Source: an uncultured Hormoscilla sp. (GTDB lineage Bacteria; Cyanobacteriota; Cyanobacteriia; Cyanobacteriales; Desertifilaceae). From it: DNA of 64,000 nucleotides. The DNA lies in NCBI GenBank assembly GCA_963921275.4, contig OZ001293.3:1408001-1472000 (forward strand), given 5' to 3'. A program made the position numbers and the translations under genes. Shown piece by piece: positions 1 to 20,598 of this stretch. Every line of letters starts with the position of its first letter. The first letter of the stretch is position 1. The notes under the pieces are model-generated. The model saw only the letters and a program-made list of their open reading frames with translations. It was not told where the DNA came from and did not search any database.

Positions 1-70
1 CTTTTTGGATCTATGTTGTTCATGGCTTTCTCCTTTTGGGTTCTGGGGCGACTTTGGTTCTGAGGCGACC

Positions 71-205
71 CAATACTGTTCGGTTTAGTCAATCTCCCCC
101 TCTTGGGAGGGGGCTGGGGGGTGGGTTTGTAGGCATTGAGGCATGGTAAACCCACCCCTAACCCCTCCCAAGAGGGGAACCGAAATGTTTAACCGAACAG
201 TATTG
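71..205. mobile_element. MITE (135 bp) containing a REP-like hairpin; possibly Nezha-like
   Basis: 15-bp terminal inverted repeats CAATACTGTTCGGTT / AACCGAACAGTATTG; imperfect 10-bp flanking direct repeats TGAGGCGACC / TGGGGCAACC. Confidence 0.7.
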
Positions 206-275
206 TGGGGCAACCCATATGACCTTCTGCCGCCTCAATTGAGATCTATAATGGAGCTATTATCCTGGATGAACA

Positions 276-1328
276 ATGATAATAAATCCTGGATTATTGA
301 CTAATCGTCCAGAGTGCTTGGACGAACAGATCAATCAATGGGCAATGACGACTTCCGAAACGGCTTATCCCACCCCCAGCCCCCTGCCGCCACGGGATCC
401 CCTGGGCGAAGTGTTCCACATGCTGCGCCTGACCGGCACCCTGCACTGTCGGGCCGAGTTGACCGCACCATGGGGTCTTGATGTTCCTCAGATCGACGGG
501 TGCATGGTTCTCGAAATTGTCAATGCCGGTCGTTGCTGGATTGAGATAGAAGGGGAAGACCCATGGGAAGTGCGCGAAGGCAGCCTGATCCTGATGCCCC
601 ACGGAATAGCCCACACCCTACGCAGCGATCGGGAGGTGGTGGCTGAGCCTCTTTTTGATATCCCGGTGGAGAAGATTAGCGATCGCTACGAAATCATGCG
701 CCATGGTGGCGGCGGTGACTTCACCCAGATCACTGCTGGGGTTGTTCAGGTTGATCGCTCGGCTGTCGGCAATCTGTTGGACCTGTTCCCAAAAGTGTTG
801 CAGATTGATGCCTGGGATGACGAGAGTGGCTGGCTGCAAAGCACCCTCCGTTTCATTAGCCAAGAGGCTCGGGATTTGAAGCCGGGGGGAGAAACCATCA
901 TTACACGGCTCACGGATGTGCTGATTATTCAACTGATCCGCACGTGGGTGGACTCGGTATCTGGCGCAAACCAGGGTTGGCTCGCGGCTCTTCGGGACGA
1001 GCAAATCGGCCAAGCTCTGGTCTTAATGCATCAAGAGCCCCAGCATCCATGGACGGTAGCCTCACTGGCCCAGACGGTGAACCTGTCGCGCTCCGCATTC
1101 TCCGCCCGATTCACGGAACTGGTGGGCCAGCCAGCGATGAGCTACCTGACAGGATGGCGGATGCAGCTTGCCCACGATCTGATTCGTGAGACGACGTTAC
1201 CCCTTGGGGCGATCGCAGACCGGGTCGGGTATGACTCGGAAGCGGCATTTTCGAGAGCCTTCAAACGGATCTATGATGTCCCACCTGGGAGCAAACGAAG
1301 GATAAGCAAACCGTTAGGCCATATTTAA
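276..1328 (+). CDS. AraC family transcriptional regulator (N-terminal cupin, C-terminal HTH)
   Basis: PWTVASLAQTVNLSRSAFSARF and IADRVGYDSEAAFSRAFKR HTH motifs; true start may be downstream. Confidence 0.9.
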   Translation: MIINPGLLTNRPECLDEQINQWAMTTSETAYPTPSPLPPRDPLGEVFHMLRLTGTLHCRAELTAPWGLDVPQIDGCMVLEIVNAGRCWIEIEGEDPWEVREGSLILMPHGIAHTLRSDREVVAEPLFDIPVEKISDRYEIMRHGGGGDFTQITAGVVQVDRSAVGNLLDLFPKVLQIDAWDDESGWLQSTLRFISQEARDLKPGGETIITRLTDVLIIQLIRTWVDSVSGANQGWLAALRDEQIGQALVLMHQEPQHPWTVASLAQTVNLSRSAFSARFTELVGQPAMSYLTGWRMQLAHDLIRETTLPLGAIADRVGYDSEAAFSRAFKRIYDVPPGSKRRISKPLGHI

Positions 1329-1473
1329 CCAGCTAAAGACTTGACTGACGGTAAGAGTCAAGTCCAGATCAGGAAGAACCGGAATAACTTGCTCTCCACG
1401 ACACAACACGGGCTGTTGTTGAGGCAATAAGAGCAGCGTGCGCATCTTTTCGACTTTTTTGTGCTATTTTAAA

Positions 1474-1496
1474 TTGAGAATAATAATCATTCTCAA
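1474..1496. promoter_or_regulatory. Fur-family (Zur-like) operator palindrome upstream of metH
   Basis: TTGAGAAT-AATAATC-ATTCTCAA, 23-bp inverted repeat about 80 bp before the metH ATG. Confidence 0.6.
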
Positions 1497-1577
1497 AATC
1501 ACCCTCCTCAGCCTTCCAAGCTGACTGGCTTTGGGGGGTAAAAATAAAAAAGTTGCAGGAGAAGTCCGAGACCCACT

Positions 1578-6103
<4,526 letters not shown>

Positions 6104-6230
6104 ATCGATCGGCAATGGGGTCGCGTTGAAATCCAGGCGACCTCTAATTTTTCTTGATAATTGCTAGGCATCGGCATAGCTCCTTTAGCCTAAATTTCAA
6201 CTGGATTGGCTTTCAAAATAGAGGTCTCTA

Positions 6231-6701
6231 ATGAGTGAAACAAACGATGGATCGAATTGGCATCAAGATTTTATTGCCAGTAATTTGTTGGTCATTGGCT
6301 ATAATGCTTGGGCTGGTCATCTCAGTCAGAAGCGCGGCGCGATTGTTTGTAGCACAAATTCTCCAACAGTGGGGATTGGCGGAGAATCATTCAAAACCCA
6401 TTTTGTCGGACGTTCTCGCCTTGCGCCGTTCCTGAATACCTGGTTAGCGGCTCCTGACACTGCAATTTTGCCCCATCACTTTATGATTGCTCACATCTTG
6501 GAAGTTGTCGATAATTATTCTCCAACCACAGAGGTTGTATTGTTGCTGGAGTCTTTCGATCGAGCAACGTTCTTTTACTTGAAAAACCTACCCATTACAC
6601 CACCTCAATGCTACGAGCAAGTCCGTAAGACCTGGGATGAATTCCAGCCAGGAGTTAGTGCTTGGCAAGATGAACAACTTCCAACAATCTGTCAGAACTG
6701 A
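6231..6701 (+). CDS. hypothetical protein
   Basis: 156-aa ORF with GAGG RBS-like sequence; no motif recognised. Confidence 0.6.
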   Translation: MSETNDGSNWHQDFIASNLLVIGYNAWAGHLSQKRGAIVCSTNSPTVGIGGESFKTHFVGRSRLAPFLNTWLAAPDTAILPHHFMIAHILEVVDNYSPTTEVVLLLESFDRATFFYLKNLPITPPQCYEQVRKTWDEFQPGVSAWQDEQLPTICQN

Positions 6702-7228
6702 GATCTCGATAAACTGGGGCTGCCATTGGTCGTTAACCCCGCGAGTGCGATGCAATGTATGAATCCCGCCGCATGGAACTGCTCTTAAATCGCTGTATTC
6801 TTTACAAGCGCTCGATTTTATCTTTCAGACTTATTGACCATCCGAAGGCCCTCGCCCCGACGGTGCTCTCACCGGTCTGACTCAGAGCACATACCGGTCC
6901 AGAAGCTATAACAATCCCATCACCACCGGCAATCAGAGGAGTTTTTCTCGTCTTTTCACCGGCTACTTACCTCGGACCACCGGCATCAATGCTCTCTCCA
7001 ACGCCGAATTCGTGCGTTATTACCTACTAAAATCCTCGATCAAGCATGATTTCCGGCTCCGATCCAAGCCTCGCCAAGGGGTGTTCGCCGGCGATATCGC
7101 CAAGATTTACACCGCCTCGGGAACTTTTTTCGCTTTTTTTCAAAAAAAAATTATCGGTTCAAACCCTTACCCAGAAAGCATTTACGACTTTGCTCGCCAA
7201 AAAATTTTCCAAAAACTTGAAAAAGGGG

Positions 7229-7257
7229 TTGACACTGGGAAATATAGTTGTTAGATT
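7229..7257 (+). promoter_or_regulatory. sigma70-type rrn promoter
   Basis: TTGACA-N17-TAGATT with A-rich upstream region; boxA-like GAACCTAGAAAA near 7311. Confidence 0.8.
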
Positions 7258-7432
7258 AGAGAAGTGCCTGAAAGAGAGGTCGCACTGAAGCGGCGCTCCC
7301 AAGGCAGACCGAACCTAGAAAAGAAAATAGTTTGAAAGCTAAGAAGCTTAAGTACCTCGTCAAAGAAAATTAAGTTTCCGGGGAAACCTAGGAACTATAG
7401 TAAGTCAAAGAGCCGCAAACGGCGACGTGATG

Positions 7433-8921
<1,489 letters not shown>

Positions 8922-9044
8922 TGAGGGAGACCAACTTGCATCACACCTGTAGCAACAGTAGAATAGGGTGAGGAGGCAAGCAATCCCAGGTCGGTCGAGG
9001 TCAAAAACAGCATTAGCTTTCAAACTAGGTCAGGTTCGGTTCGG

Positions 9045-9118
9045 GGGCTATTAGCTCAGGTGGTCAGAGCGCACCCCTGATAAGGGTGAGGTCCCTGGTT
9101 CAAGTCCAGGATGGCCCA
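9045..9118 (+). tRNA. tRNA-Ile(GAT)
   Basis: cloverleaf GGGCTAT...ATGGCCCA, anticodon loop CTGATAA. Confidence 0.97.
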
Positions 9119-9173
9119 GCTGAAAAAGGAAAAAGGCAAAATTCAAAATTGGCAAATTTTGAATTGAAGAAGT

Positions 9174-9246
9174 GGGGGTATAGCTCAGTTGGTAGAGCGC
9201 TGCTTTTGCAAGGCAGAAGCCAGCGGTTCGAGTCCGCTTACCTCCA
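9174..9246 (+). tRNA. tRNA-Ala(TGC)
   Basis: acceptor GGGGGTA/TACCTCC, anticodon loop TTTGCAA. Confidence 0.97.
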
Positions 9247-9406
9247 CTAACATAGGACAGGGGATCCGCTCGTCCTCAGCAAAAGAATTCAGCAACTCAT
9301 ATGCGCGTGCTCGCGAGTGAGCCTGCTGGATGTACAATCCAGTACAGAACCTTGAAAACTGCATAGCAACAAGCCAGGTAGAGAAATCTATCACAGACAT
9401 AAGCGA

Positions 9407-12291
<2,885 letters not shown>

Positions 12292-12358
12292 GGTAAAAAT
12301 GTCAGATGTGGGTTGTTGCTATGCAGTCTTGAGGGTTCCGACAGACCCAAAAAAGCAT

Positions 12359-12475
12359 TCCTGGTGCTATGGCGCGGTGGAACCACGCCGAACCATCTCG
12401 AACTCGGAGGTGAAACATCGCAGCGGCGACGATACTCTCGGGGTGACCCGACGGGAAAATAGCTCGGTGCCAGGA
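12359..12475 (+). rRNA. rrf: 5S rRNA
   Basis: TCCTGG...CCAGGA terminal stem, CGAAC loop, position after 23S. Confidence 0.95.
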
Positions 12476-12635
12476 TAATTATTCAAAACAGCAATCAGCT
12501 CTCTTGCGTGTTTTCAGCAGGGGGGCTGTATTGCTTTTTAAAATTACGAACGGACAGGCGATCCGCCCGTCCTACGCAACTGACAACTGTTAAAATGAGT
12601 GACAAAGATGAAAAAATAGGAAAACTGTAGCTGCT

Positions 12636-13802
12636 ATGGGTCGTGTTGGGGTTTTACTACTAAATTTAGGGGGACCGGAGAAACTGGAGGACGTGGGTCC
12701 CTTTCTTTTCAATCTGTTCTCCGATCCGGAAATTATTCGCTTGCCGTTTCGCTGGTTGCAAAGGCCGCTGGCGTGGATGATTTCTACTATGCGAGCGAAA
12801 AAATCTCAGAAAAATTACCAGGAAATAGGTGGTGGCTCTCCCTTACGTAGAATAACAGAAGCGCAGGCGAAAGCGATCGAAGCATGTTTAGGGGTCAAAG
12901 GGGTAGAGGCAAATGTCTATGTGGGTATGCGTTACTGGCATCCTTTCACAGAGGAGGCGTTAGCCTCGATCAAGAGCGACCAGATTTCACAGCTAGTGAT
13001 TTTGCCATTGTATCCCCAATTCTCGATTAGCACCAGTGGTTCGAGCTTCCGATTGTTAGAAAAACTGTGGCAAGAGGACCCCACTCTGGAAAAGCAGATG
13101 GAATACACGGTTGTTACTTCCTGGTATCATCGTCCGGGTTACTTGCAAGCGATGGCGGATCTGATTGCTCGAGAACTCGATAGGTGCTCGCGACCTGATG
13201 AAGTGCATATTTTCTTTAGCGCCCACGGGGTGCCCCTGAGTTATGTTGAAGAGGCGGGAGACCCGTACCAGCAGGAGATCGAGGACTGCACTGCCCGGAT
13301 CGTGAAGACCCTGAATCGACCGAATGCTCATACCTTAGCATATCAGAGTCGGGTAGGACCAGTGGAATGGCTCCAACCCTATACAGAAGATGCGATCGTG
13401 GAATTGGGGTCTGAAGGGGTGAAAGATTTGCTAGTAGTTCCGATTAGCTTTGTATCAGAACATATCGAGACTTTACAGGAAATTGACATAGAGTATCGAG
13501 AGCTTGCTGAAGCATCGGGGATTGAAAACTTTCACCGGGTGCCAGCCCTGGATACCCATTCTGGGTTTATTAATGATTTAGCGGATCTAGTGGTAGAATC
13601 TCAAGAGAATCCTCCTGTGAAGCTATCCCAGGTAATGCATCCGAAGAAGAATGTAAAGATGTACCCGCAGGAGCGTTGGCAGTGGGGTATGACCACGGCG
13701 GCAGAAGTTTGGAATGGGCGTCTGGCGATGATTGGTTTTATCGCCCTGTTAGTGGAACTGATTAGTGGCAAAGGACTGCTGCATTTTGTGGGACTAATGT
13801 AA
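12636..13802 (+). CDS. hemH: ferrochelatase with C-terminal CAB/HLIP-like domain
   Basis: [43 protein letters not shown]. Confidence 0.96.
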   Translation: MGRVGVLLLNLGGPEKLEDVGPFLFNLFSDPEIIRLPFRWLQRPLAWMISTMRAKKSQKNYQEIGGGSPLRRITEAQAKAIEACLGVKGVEANVYVGMRYWHPFTEEALASIKSDQISQLVILPLYPQFSISTSGSSFRLLEKLWQEDPTLEKQMEYTVVTSWYHRPGYLQAMADLIARELDRCSRPDEVHIFFSAHGVPLSYVEEAGDPYQQEIEDCTARIVKTLNRPNAHTLAYQSRVGPVEWLQPYTEDAIVELGSEGVKDLLVVPISFVSEHIETLQEIDIEYRELAEASGIENFHRVPALDTHSGFINDLADLVVESQENPPVKLSQVMHPKKNVKMYPQERWQWGMTTAAEVWNGRLAMIGFIALLVELISGKGLLHFVGLM

Positions 13803-14126
13803 TTAGGAATTTTGGAGTTGCAGAAGGGAGATCCAAAAAATAAATTACCCAATTTCTATCGCTGTACCAACTGGTGCATCTAGACTACTTAGAGGATTAT
13901 TTACTTGGACTTCCCCAAGGTCAGAATGTAGTTTGCCAATTGTTGAAACTGGAAAATGAAAAAGGTAAAAAATGTTTCATTAAACAATTAACTCAGAACA
14001 ATCAACCTTCCTCTGCCCATATTATCCCCTCCTTGTGCAACGCCGTAATTTTAAGGTAATGTGTTATGGGACAAGGATAGCACAAAAGCTTTAAGAGTCA
14101 CCAATCACATTTGGTCTAGTTAGGGA

Positions 14127-14729
14127 TTAATCGGGATTACGTTTGTGACAGCGCGGATCGCCCCGCTCGCCCCTACTACGCTGTTGTACGTACCACCGAT
14201 ACCAATCTTTAGAGCTGCGAATTGCTAGCCACAGCAGTAGTAGAGCTATTATCCCTCCTTGCTGGGGAGCATCAAAAGCAAAGAGGACTAGGGAAATGCA
14301 GAGGCCATCTTGGATCGGGATCGCCCAGGGGGGCAAACCCCTTAGTCGATAGAACCAGCCTGCTTGTACCAATTGCAGTACCAGGGCTAGCAGACCGCCC
14401 ACCAAACCAATAATCCCCATCAGCCAAGGGGTGGGGTCTTCTGTGGTTGCTTGGGCGATCGCCAAGCCCATGATCGCTCCCACGATCGGGCTAAACAAAA
14501 GCTGGATCAGAAGCAGTACACGTTGTCCCAACAGCCTTTTGGAAGCAAACAGCTCAAATAAGGACCAGCTGACTAGGAATCCCAGAACTATTTGTGGGTG
14601 GATGCTGGACAAAATCGGCACGCGGGACCAGAGACTATCCCCATGCAACAGACCAATTAACAACAGGGGCAGGGCGATTCTCATTCCTCCTGCTGCTGAG
14701 GCTGAGAGTGCGGCTAGAAGCTCAATCAT
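14127..14729 (-). CDS. DUF4126-like membrane protein
   Basis: hydrophobic 200-aa ORF beginning LSASAAGGMRIALPLL. Confidence 0.75.
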   Translation of the reverse strand: MIELLAALSASAAGGMRIALPLLLIGLLHGDSLWSRVPILSSIHPQIVLGFLVSWSLFELFASKRLLGQRVLLLIQLLFSPIVGAIMGLAIAQATTEDPTPWLMGIIGLVGGLLALVLQLVQAGWFYRLRGLPPWAIPIQDGLCISLVLFAFDAPQQGGIIALLLLWLAIRSSKDWYRWYVQQRSRGERGDPRCHKRNPD

Positions 14730-15073
14730 AGTGACAATTTAGCCTACTTGCTCGAGCAGCTATAGCTGCTAGCAGTAAGTTTGACATCAATCCTCCCATA
14801 GATTAATAAACAGTTTGAAGTCCAGGACTTCCTCTTCTATTATTACCGATCGCAGATTTGTGGTGACATATATTGTCTGTCCAACAGTTCCACCCCAGAC
14901 CCCGATCGCCATCCTTTCCTCAACTACATAACGGGTTATCTTAGATAATAACCTATTTTCATCTGAGTGAGATTATGCTTTAGGAAAAATTTATCATTAT
15001 GTTTTGCTGACAACAGTTGTAGCGACAAAATGTGATATAATAATTAAAATCTACTGCGAGCACCCTACTAGAT

Positions 15074-15907
15074 ATGTCCAGTCAGTCCCAAACCAAAATG
15101 CCGACGCCTGATGATGAAGCATTGAAAGCAATGAGACAACTGATTGAGGTAGTTGCCTCATTGCGATCGCCGGATGGGGGATGTCCCTGGGATTTAGCCC
15201 AAACGCCCCAAACACTGAAGCCTTACATTATTGAAGAAGCATATGAAGTCGTCCACGCGATCGAGAGTGGAGATAAAGATGCTATCTGTGAAGAATTGGG
15301 AGATTTACTTCTGCAAGTGGTACTGCAAGCTCAAATTGCTAGTGAGTACGGTCAATTTAGCATGAGTAAAATTGCCACGGGAATTGCTGAAAAGCTAATC
15401 AGACGACATCCTCATGTATTTGCAGATGTGCAAGTAAACAGTGTGGAGGAAGTCCGCCAAAACTGGGACGAAATTAAGGCAGTAGAAAAAGGTAAAACCG
15501 ATCCGAAGCATGAGTTGACCGATAAACTCAGTCGCTATGCTAGTACTCTCCCGCCGCTGATGGGGGCAATGAAAATGTCCAAAAAGGCGGCTGGTGCTGG
15601 TTTCGAGTGGGAGGATGTCAGGGGAGTGTGGGATAAGTTTGAGGAGGAATTGGCAGAATTGAAATACGCATTGAAACATGAGGATAAAGCGCGGCAACAA
15701 GCAGAGTTGGGAGATTTACTGTTTACTATAATCAATATTGCCCGTTGGCACGAATTAGATCCGTCAGCAGGTTTGCAGCTCACTAATCAGCGGTTTGTTG
15801 CTAGGTTGAGGAAGATGGAGGAGATAGCCTCACGCCCCCTTGATGATTACAGTCTGGAGGAGTTGGAAGAACTCTGGCAGCAGGCAAAAACTCAGCTAGC
15901 AGTGTAA
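15074..15907 (+). CDS. mazG: nucleoside triphosphate pyrophosphohydrolase MazG
   Basis: GCPWD, EEAYEV, EELGDLLLQV, KLIRRHPHVF. Confidence 0.93.
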   Translation: MSSQSQTKMPTPDDEALKAMRQLIEVVASLRSPDGGCPWDLAQTPQTLKPYIIEEAYEVVHAIESGDKDAICEELGDLLLQVVLQAQIASEYGQFSMSKIATGIAEKLIRRHPHVFADVQVNSVEEVRQNWDEIKAVEKGKTDPKHELTDKLSRYASTLPPLMGAMKMSKKAAGAGFEWEDVRGVWDKFEEELAELKYALKHEDKARQQAELGDLLFTIINIARWHELDPSAGLQLTNQRFVARLRKMEEIASRPLDDYSLEELEELWQQAKTQLAV

Positions 15908-15956
15908 TATCAGTTGTCAAAAAAATGTTATTAAAAGGATGAAGAATAAATAACTA

Positions 15957-16158
15957 GGGCTTGCTGAAAAAGGCTACAGGGCGAATCTAGACGCCACACA
16001 GCTTACTACACCGTCGGTCTATCACTCAGCTCCAAGCAGTAACCCCCCACCAAATGCTCCGATTTTGGGGACTCGGAAAGCAAAACCTTACACAAGGCAA
16101 GTAAAAAAAACGCCAAAACCCTTACCTAGTCTGATTTACAGCTTTCCTCAGCAAGCCC
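15957..16158. mobile_element. MITE (about 200 bp)
   Basis: terminal inverted repeats GGGCTTGCTGA / TCAGCAAGCCC flanked by TAACTA on both sides; TIR/TSD boundary ambiguous by 1-2 bp. Confidence 0.8.
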
Positions 16159-16257
16159 TAACTATCAATTTTCAATGAAATGGGATCGCGGCTGACTGTT
16201 GGAGAAGACAGTTTTTTTGCTAAAATTTGCTTGACAAGTATATTCAGATCTAGAACT

Positions 16258-17562
16258 ATGACAGCTACTCAAGTTGCTTCTCGTTCCCTAGTAGAAATTG
16301 CCCAGCTCACCCGACAAGCGGCCCGTAAACTGGCAGTCCTTTCTACGGCAGATAAGGATCGGGCGATCGAGGCGATCGCCCTGGCCCTAGAATCATCCGC
16401 CGCCGACATCATTGCTGCCAACGTCGCCGACTGCCAAGCTGCGGCAGCTATGGACTTTCCCAAACCCCTCTATAACCGGCTGAAACTGGACGAAACTAAA
16501 CTCAAAGCCAATATTGCTGGCGTGCGAGATGTCAAACGCCTAGCAGATCCAGTGGGTGTGGTGCAAATTCATCGCGAACTGGACAGGGGACTGATCCTGA
16601 AGCGGGTTACTTGTCCTCTGGGTGTCTTAGGGATTATTTTTGAAGCCCGTCCGGAAGCAGCAATTCAAATATCTTCCCTGGCAATTAAATCTGGTAATGG
16701 TGTTATTTTTAAAGGTGGTAAAGAAGCTACTCTCTCCTGTGAAGCAATAGTAAAAGCTATCCGTCAGGGATTAGCTCAAACAGCCGTTAACCCCGACGCA
16801 GTGCAACGGCTGACCACAAGATCGGAAACTCTGGAACTCTTGAAATTAGATGCATACGTTGACTTAATTATTCCCAGAGGTTCCAATTCATTCGTGCAGT
16901 TCGTGCAGGATAATACCCGTATTCCCGTACTAGGACATGCTGAGGGTATTTGTCACCTTTATGTAGATAGAGCGGCTGATATAAAAAAGGCTGTTGCTAT
17001 TACCGTCGATGCCAAAACTCAGTATCCAGCTGCTTGTAATGCGATGGAAACTCTCCTAGTTCACCAGGACATTGCCTCAGATTTTTTGCCCCTTGCAGCT
17101 AATGCTTTGCAAGCAGAACATGTTAAATTACTAGGAGACGATCGCACTTGCAATCTGCTCGACATTGCAGCAGCGACAGCAGCAGACTGGGCAACCGAAT
17201 ACAGCGATTCGATCCTCTCGATCAAAATTGTAGATTCTCTGGCAGAGGCAATTGACCACATCAATAGCTATGGTTCTAAGCATACCGATGCCATTGTCAC
17301 AGAAGACCAAGCTGCTGCTACGACCTTTGCCAATCAGGTTGATGCTGCTGGAGTATTTCATAACTGTTCTACTCGCTTCTCTGATGGCTTCCGCTACGGC
17401 TTTGGTGCAGAGGTGGGAATTAGCACCCAACAGATGCCTCCTCGCGGTCCTGTGGGGTTAGAAGGGCTAGTAACCTATAAATATCAGATCGCGGGTGACG
17501 GTCACATTGCTGCTACCTACACGGGGGCAAATGCTAAACCTTTTACCCATAAAGATTTGTGA
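16258..17562 (+). CDS. proA: gamma-glutamyl phosphate reductase
   Basis: [50 protein letters not shown]. Confidence 0.95.
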   Translation: MTATQVASRSLVEIAQLTRQAARKLAVLSTADKDRAIEAIALALESSAADIIAANVADCQAAAAMDFPKPLYNRLKLDETKLKANIAGVRDVKRLADPVGVVQIHRELDRGLILKRVTCPLGVLGIIFEARPEAAIQISSLAIKSGNGVIFKGGKEATLSCEAIVKAIRQGLAQTAVNPDAVQRLTTRSETLELLKLDAYVDLIIPRGSNSFVQFVQDNTRIPVLGHAEGICHLYVDRAADIKKAVAITVDAKTQYPAACNAMETLLVHQDIASDFLPLAANALQAEHVKLLGDDRTCNLLDIAAATAADWATEYSDSILSIKIVDSLAEAIDHINSYGSKHTDAIVTEDQAAATTFANQVDAAGVFHNCSTRFSDGFRYGFGAEVGISTQQMPPRGPVGLEGLVTYKYQIAGDGHIAATYTGANAKPFTHKDL

Positions 17563-17715
17563 TTCGTAGGGTGGGCGCCGCCCACCGATATCGGATTATA
17601 TTATTTAAAATATTTGTGGTTCGCAGAGTAATTAGGATGGTGTCCACCGCCCACCGATATGGAATTATATCCTGAAAAAGATTTTAAATTCGTATGGCAT
17701 CGCCCACCGATGTAG

Positions 17716-18741
17716 TTGATGTCAAAACATAAGCGAAAAATTAAGTTAGCAAGTAAAAGGGCACTGGTAAGGCTAGTAATTCTCGGTATCACGATCTCGT
17801 TTATAGTAGGAGGAGTTTGGTTCGTAATGATTAAAATGCCAGGGAAAATCTACGCTGGCGAGTTGCCACCACTGACGCCACAGGAAAAACTGTTGCAAGA
17901 GCAACTGCGCGTCTATGTTACCCAAATTGGCAACTCAGAACACAACTATGTGTTCTACGACAAGCTATTGGAAACCACTGACTTTCTGTCAAGTGAGTTG
18001 GCAGCAGCTGGCTATGAGGTAAACCGCCAGAGATATGAAGTTAATAAACAATTATTTGAGAACCTGGAAGCGGAACTTCCGGGCACGGATAAAGCTGATG
18101 AAATTATTGTTATTGGCGCTCATTATGACTCGGTAGTCGGGTCTCCAGGGGCTAATGATAACGGTACAGGGGCGGCGGCGGTATTGGCGCTGGCGAGGGC
18201 GTTTAGGCAGAAATCCACTTCCCGGACCCTGCGGTTTGTGGAGTTTGTGAATGAGGAACCGCTTTTTTTCTGGACGGAAAATATGGGCAGTCTGGTTTAT
18301 GCTAAAGGATGCCGCGACTCGGGAGACAATATTGTCGCTATGTTCAGCCTAGAAACGATGGGTTACTTCTCCGACGCGCCGGGAAGCCAAGCATACCCAT
18401 TTCCCTTAAACCTCACCTATCCCTTGACGGGAAATTTTATCGCTTTTGTCGGTAATATGGCTTCTGGTAAGCTGCTGCGCAATGCGATCGGAGCTTTCCG
18501 CCGCCATACCCAGTTTCCCTCTGAGGGTGCGGTTCTCCCTAATGCGCTTCCTGGTGTTGGCTAGTCAGACCACTGGTCGTTTTGGCAACAAGGTTATCCT
18601 GCTATCATGGTGACAGATACCGCTCCTTTCCGCTATCCTTACTACCATACCCTAGAAGATACCCCCGATCGGGTAGATTATGCTAGACTAGCACGAGTGG
18701 TGGCTGGTCTAGAGCGGGTCATCGCTGAACTAGGGTCTTAA
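17716..18741 (+). pseudogene. M28 family peptidase with premature stop
   Basis: GAHYDS, GANDNGTG, NEE; TAG at 18562-18564 and the frame continues SDHWSFWQQGYPA to TAA at 18741. Confidence 0.85.
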
Positions 18742-19001
18742 TTTTTTCCAGCAGTAGAGAGGTGAGCTTCAGGGACGACATGAGCCCTCAAAAGCTTACT
18801 AGATAAGGCTTTGAGGCCAATAGGTTCGAACAAGATACAGTCGCATCAGTACCATCCTTTCATTTTCATGAAGCTCAAACCCTTATAACTACGTCGTCTG
18901 TCTGCCCAAAACAGCATGTATCTTGTTGAAGCTTATGGGCTGAAATTCTTACGCTCGTATGGATTTCAGCAGGCATGTCGCCCCCCCAGGAGAGGTGAGA
19001 A

Positions 19002-20160
19002 GTGTTTACTGAGCGTGTCTGTCAAAAATTTTCGTTGCTTCCAGGATTTCTCGATCGACTCCCTGGAGCGGGTAAACTTGATTGCTGGCAAAAAAAATGC
19101 GGGCAAGACGACGCTGCTAGAAGCCATATTTTTGCTGACAGCTGGAACAAATCCAGGTATCGTGGTGACACTGGCAGCTGGGCGTAGTGTCGAAAGGTTT
19201 AACTCATCAGCAGCGACGGAGTGGGTGCATCTCACTTTCCCACGGGCGAAGCCTTTGGATAGTAAAGTTGTCTATCTATGACTTAGATTGTCGTCCAAAG
19301 GCTTCGCCCCTACAGATATATTCGCAAATATGAGATGCACCCGACGGAGTTGCTATTCGCGCCTTTGTTCTCAAACTTTGATAATCAGAATCCTATTAAG
19401 ATCGGCAGCTTACAGATAAATGGCGATCGCCATTTAGTAGAATTATAGAGCGTTACCAGGAAATCGACCTGGTTGGTAGTTGAGGAGGGGATGAATTACA
19501 AGGTCGGAAATAACAATCATATCGAGGATTGCAACTTAAGTATACAAGTACATCTGGGAAAATTTTGTTAAGCAATATCTGGCAGGACGCGGAAGGGATA
19601 AAGGTCGAACAGCTGTCAAAAAAACCACCGTCAATTCCAGCATCATTTATAGCTGCTCGTGGGGCTCCAGCATCGGCAGCAGCACAATTAAGTTGCTTAG
19701 AAGTGGAAAAAGAGGAATATCATATTGTGGAAAGCTTAAGGATTGTCGAACCAAGACTCCAGCGGTTAACTACTGGATTGGTTGCAGGTATACCTGTAAT
19801 CTATGGCGATCTAGGTTTAGAACGGTTGCTGCCCTTGTCGATAATGGGAGAGGGATTGCAGCGCCTGACTTATACTGGCGATCGCGAGGCAGGAAAATGT
19901 TATAGTGTTAGTAGACGAAATCGACAATGGTTTCCAGGGCTCGATAATGGAAAAAATTTGGTATGCTATAGGTAAGGCTGCGCGTAAATTTGATACCCAA
20001 GTGATAGCAAAAACCCACAGCTACGAATGCATTCAAGCTGCTCATCAAGCTTTTACGGAAAGCGAAAATATGATTTTAGGTATCATCGATTTGGATCGTC
20101 TAGACGATTTTTATCGCGCTGTCACCTACGATAGGGAAGATTTGGAAGTTGCCATGAATA
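19002..20160 (+). pseudogene. AAA/ABC-type ATPase (AAA_15/AAA_21-like), fragmented
   Basis: KNFRCF, Walker A GKKNAGKT, MGEGLQR signature, Walker B VDEIDNG; MITE insertion and several frameshifts; ends approximate. Confidence 0.8.
19223..19342. mobile_element. MITE (120 bp) carrying a REP hairpin, inserted in the ATPase gene
   Basis: TIR GGGTGCATCTCA / TGAGATGCACCC; perfect 8-bp TSD GACGGAGT; removal restores AATELLFAPLF frame. Confidence 0.9.
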
Positions 20161-20598
20161 CTGAATTTGCGGCCCTTTTAAGACACATGCAAATAGAGGA
20201 TATTCAAGTTAAAATTACTGAGGGAGTAGATAAGTTAAAAGCATTTGTGAAGCCCTTATGTAAATCTAGGAATTTTCTAAGAGGAAAATCCCTAGTAATA
20301 GTCCGGGATGCCGACGATAATACGGCTAATAGATTTACCAGCGTTTGTAATAGAGAAATGTAAATGTAGCGGTTATCTGGGCAAATTTGCCAGTTCCCAA
20401 GGAACAGATAAGGCCGACAGGCGATCGACCGCAAGTAAGCGTTCAATTCTGCCAGATACCACAAGTCCAGGAACGTTAGAAACGCTGTGCTTGCGAACGG
20501 TTAGCGAAGACTCCGTGATGAGTTGTATCGAGGAATATTTCGACTGCGTGCAGCAACGGGTGGCCAAACCGCCCAAAAGTAAGGATATGGATAAAGCT

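Noticed and set aside
1330..1577. Cobalamin riboswitch upstream of metH
   Set aside because: No recognisable B12-box or core motifs by eye; only the operator-like palindrome is supported.
6760..7130. Possible ncRNA upstream of the rrn promoter
   Set aside because: Local hairpins only; no recognisable family or boundaries.
17566..17712. Three CGCCCACCGAT repeats with unique intervening sequence
   Set aside because: Repeat short, spacing irregular (about 69 and 53 bp), derived from GTAG REP GTAGGGTGGGC; not a CRISPR array.
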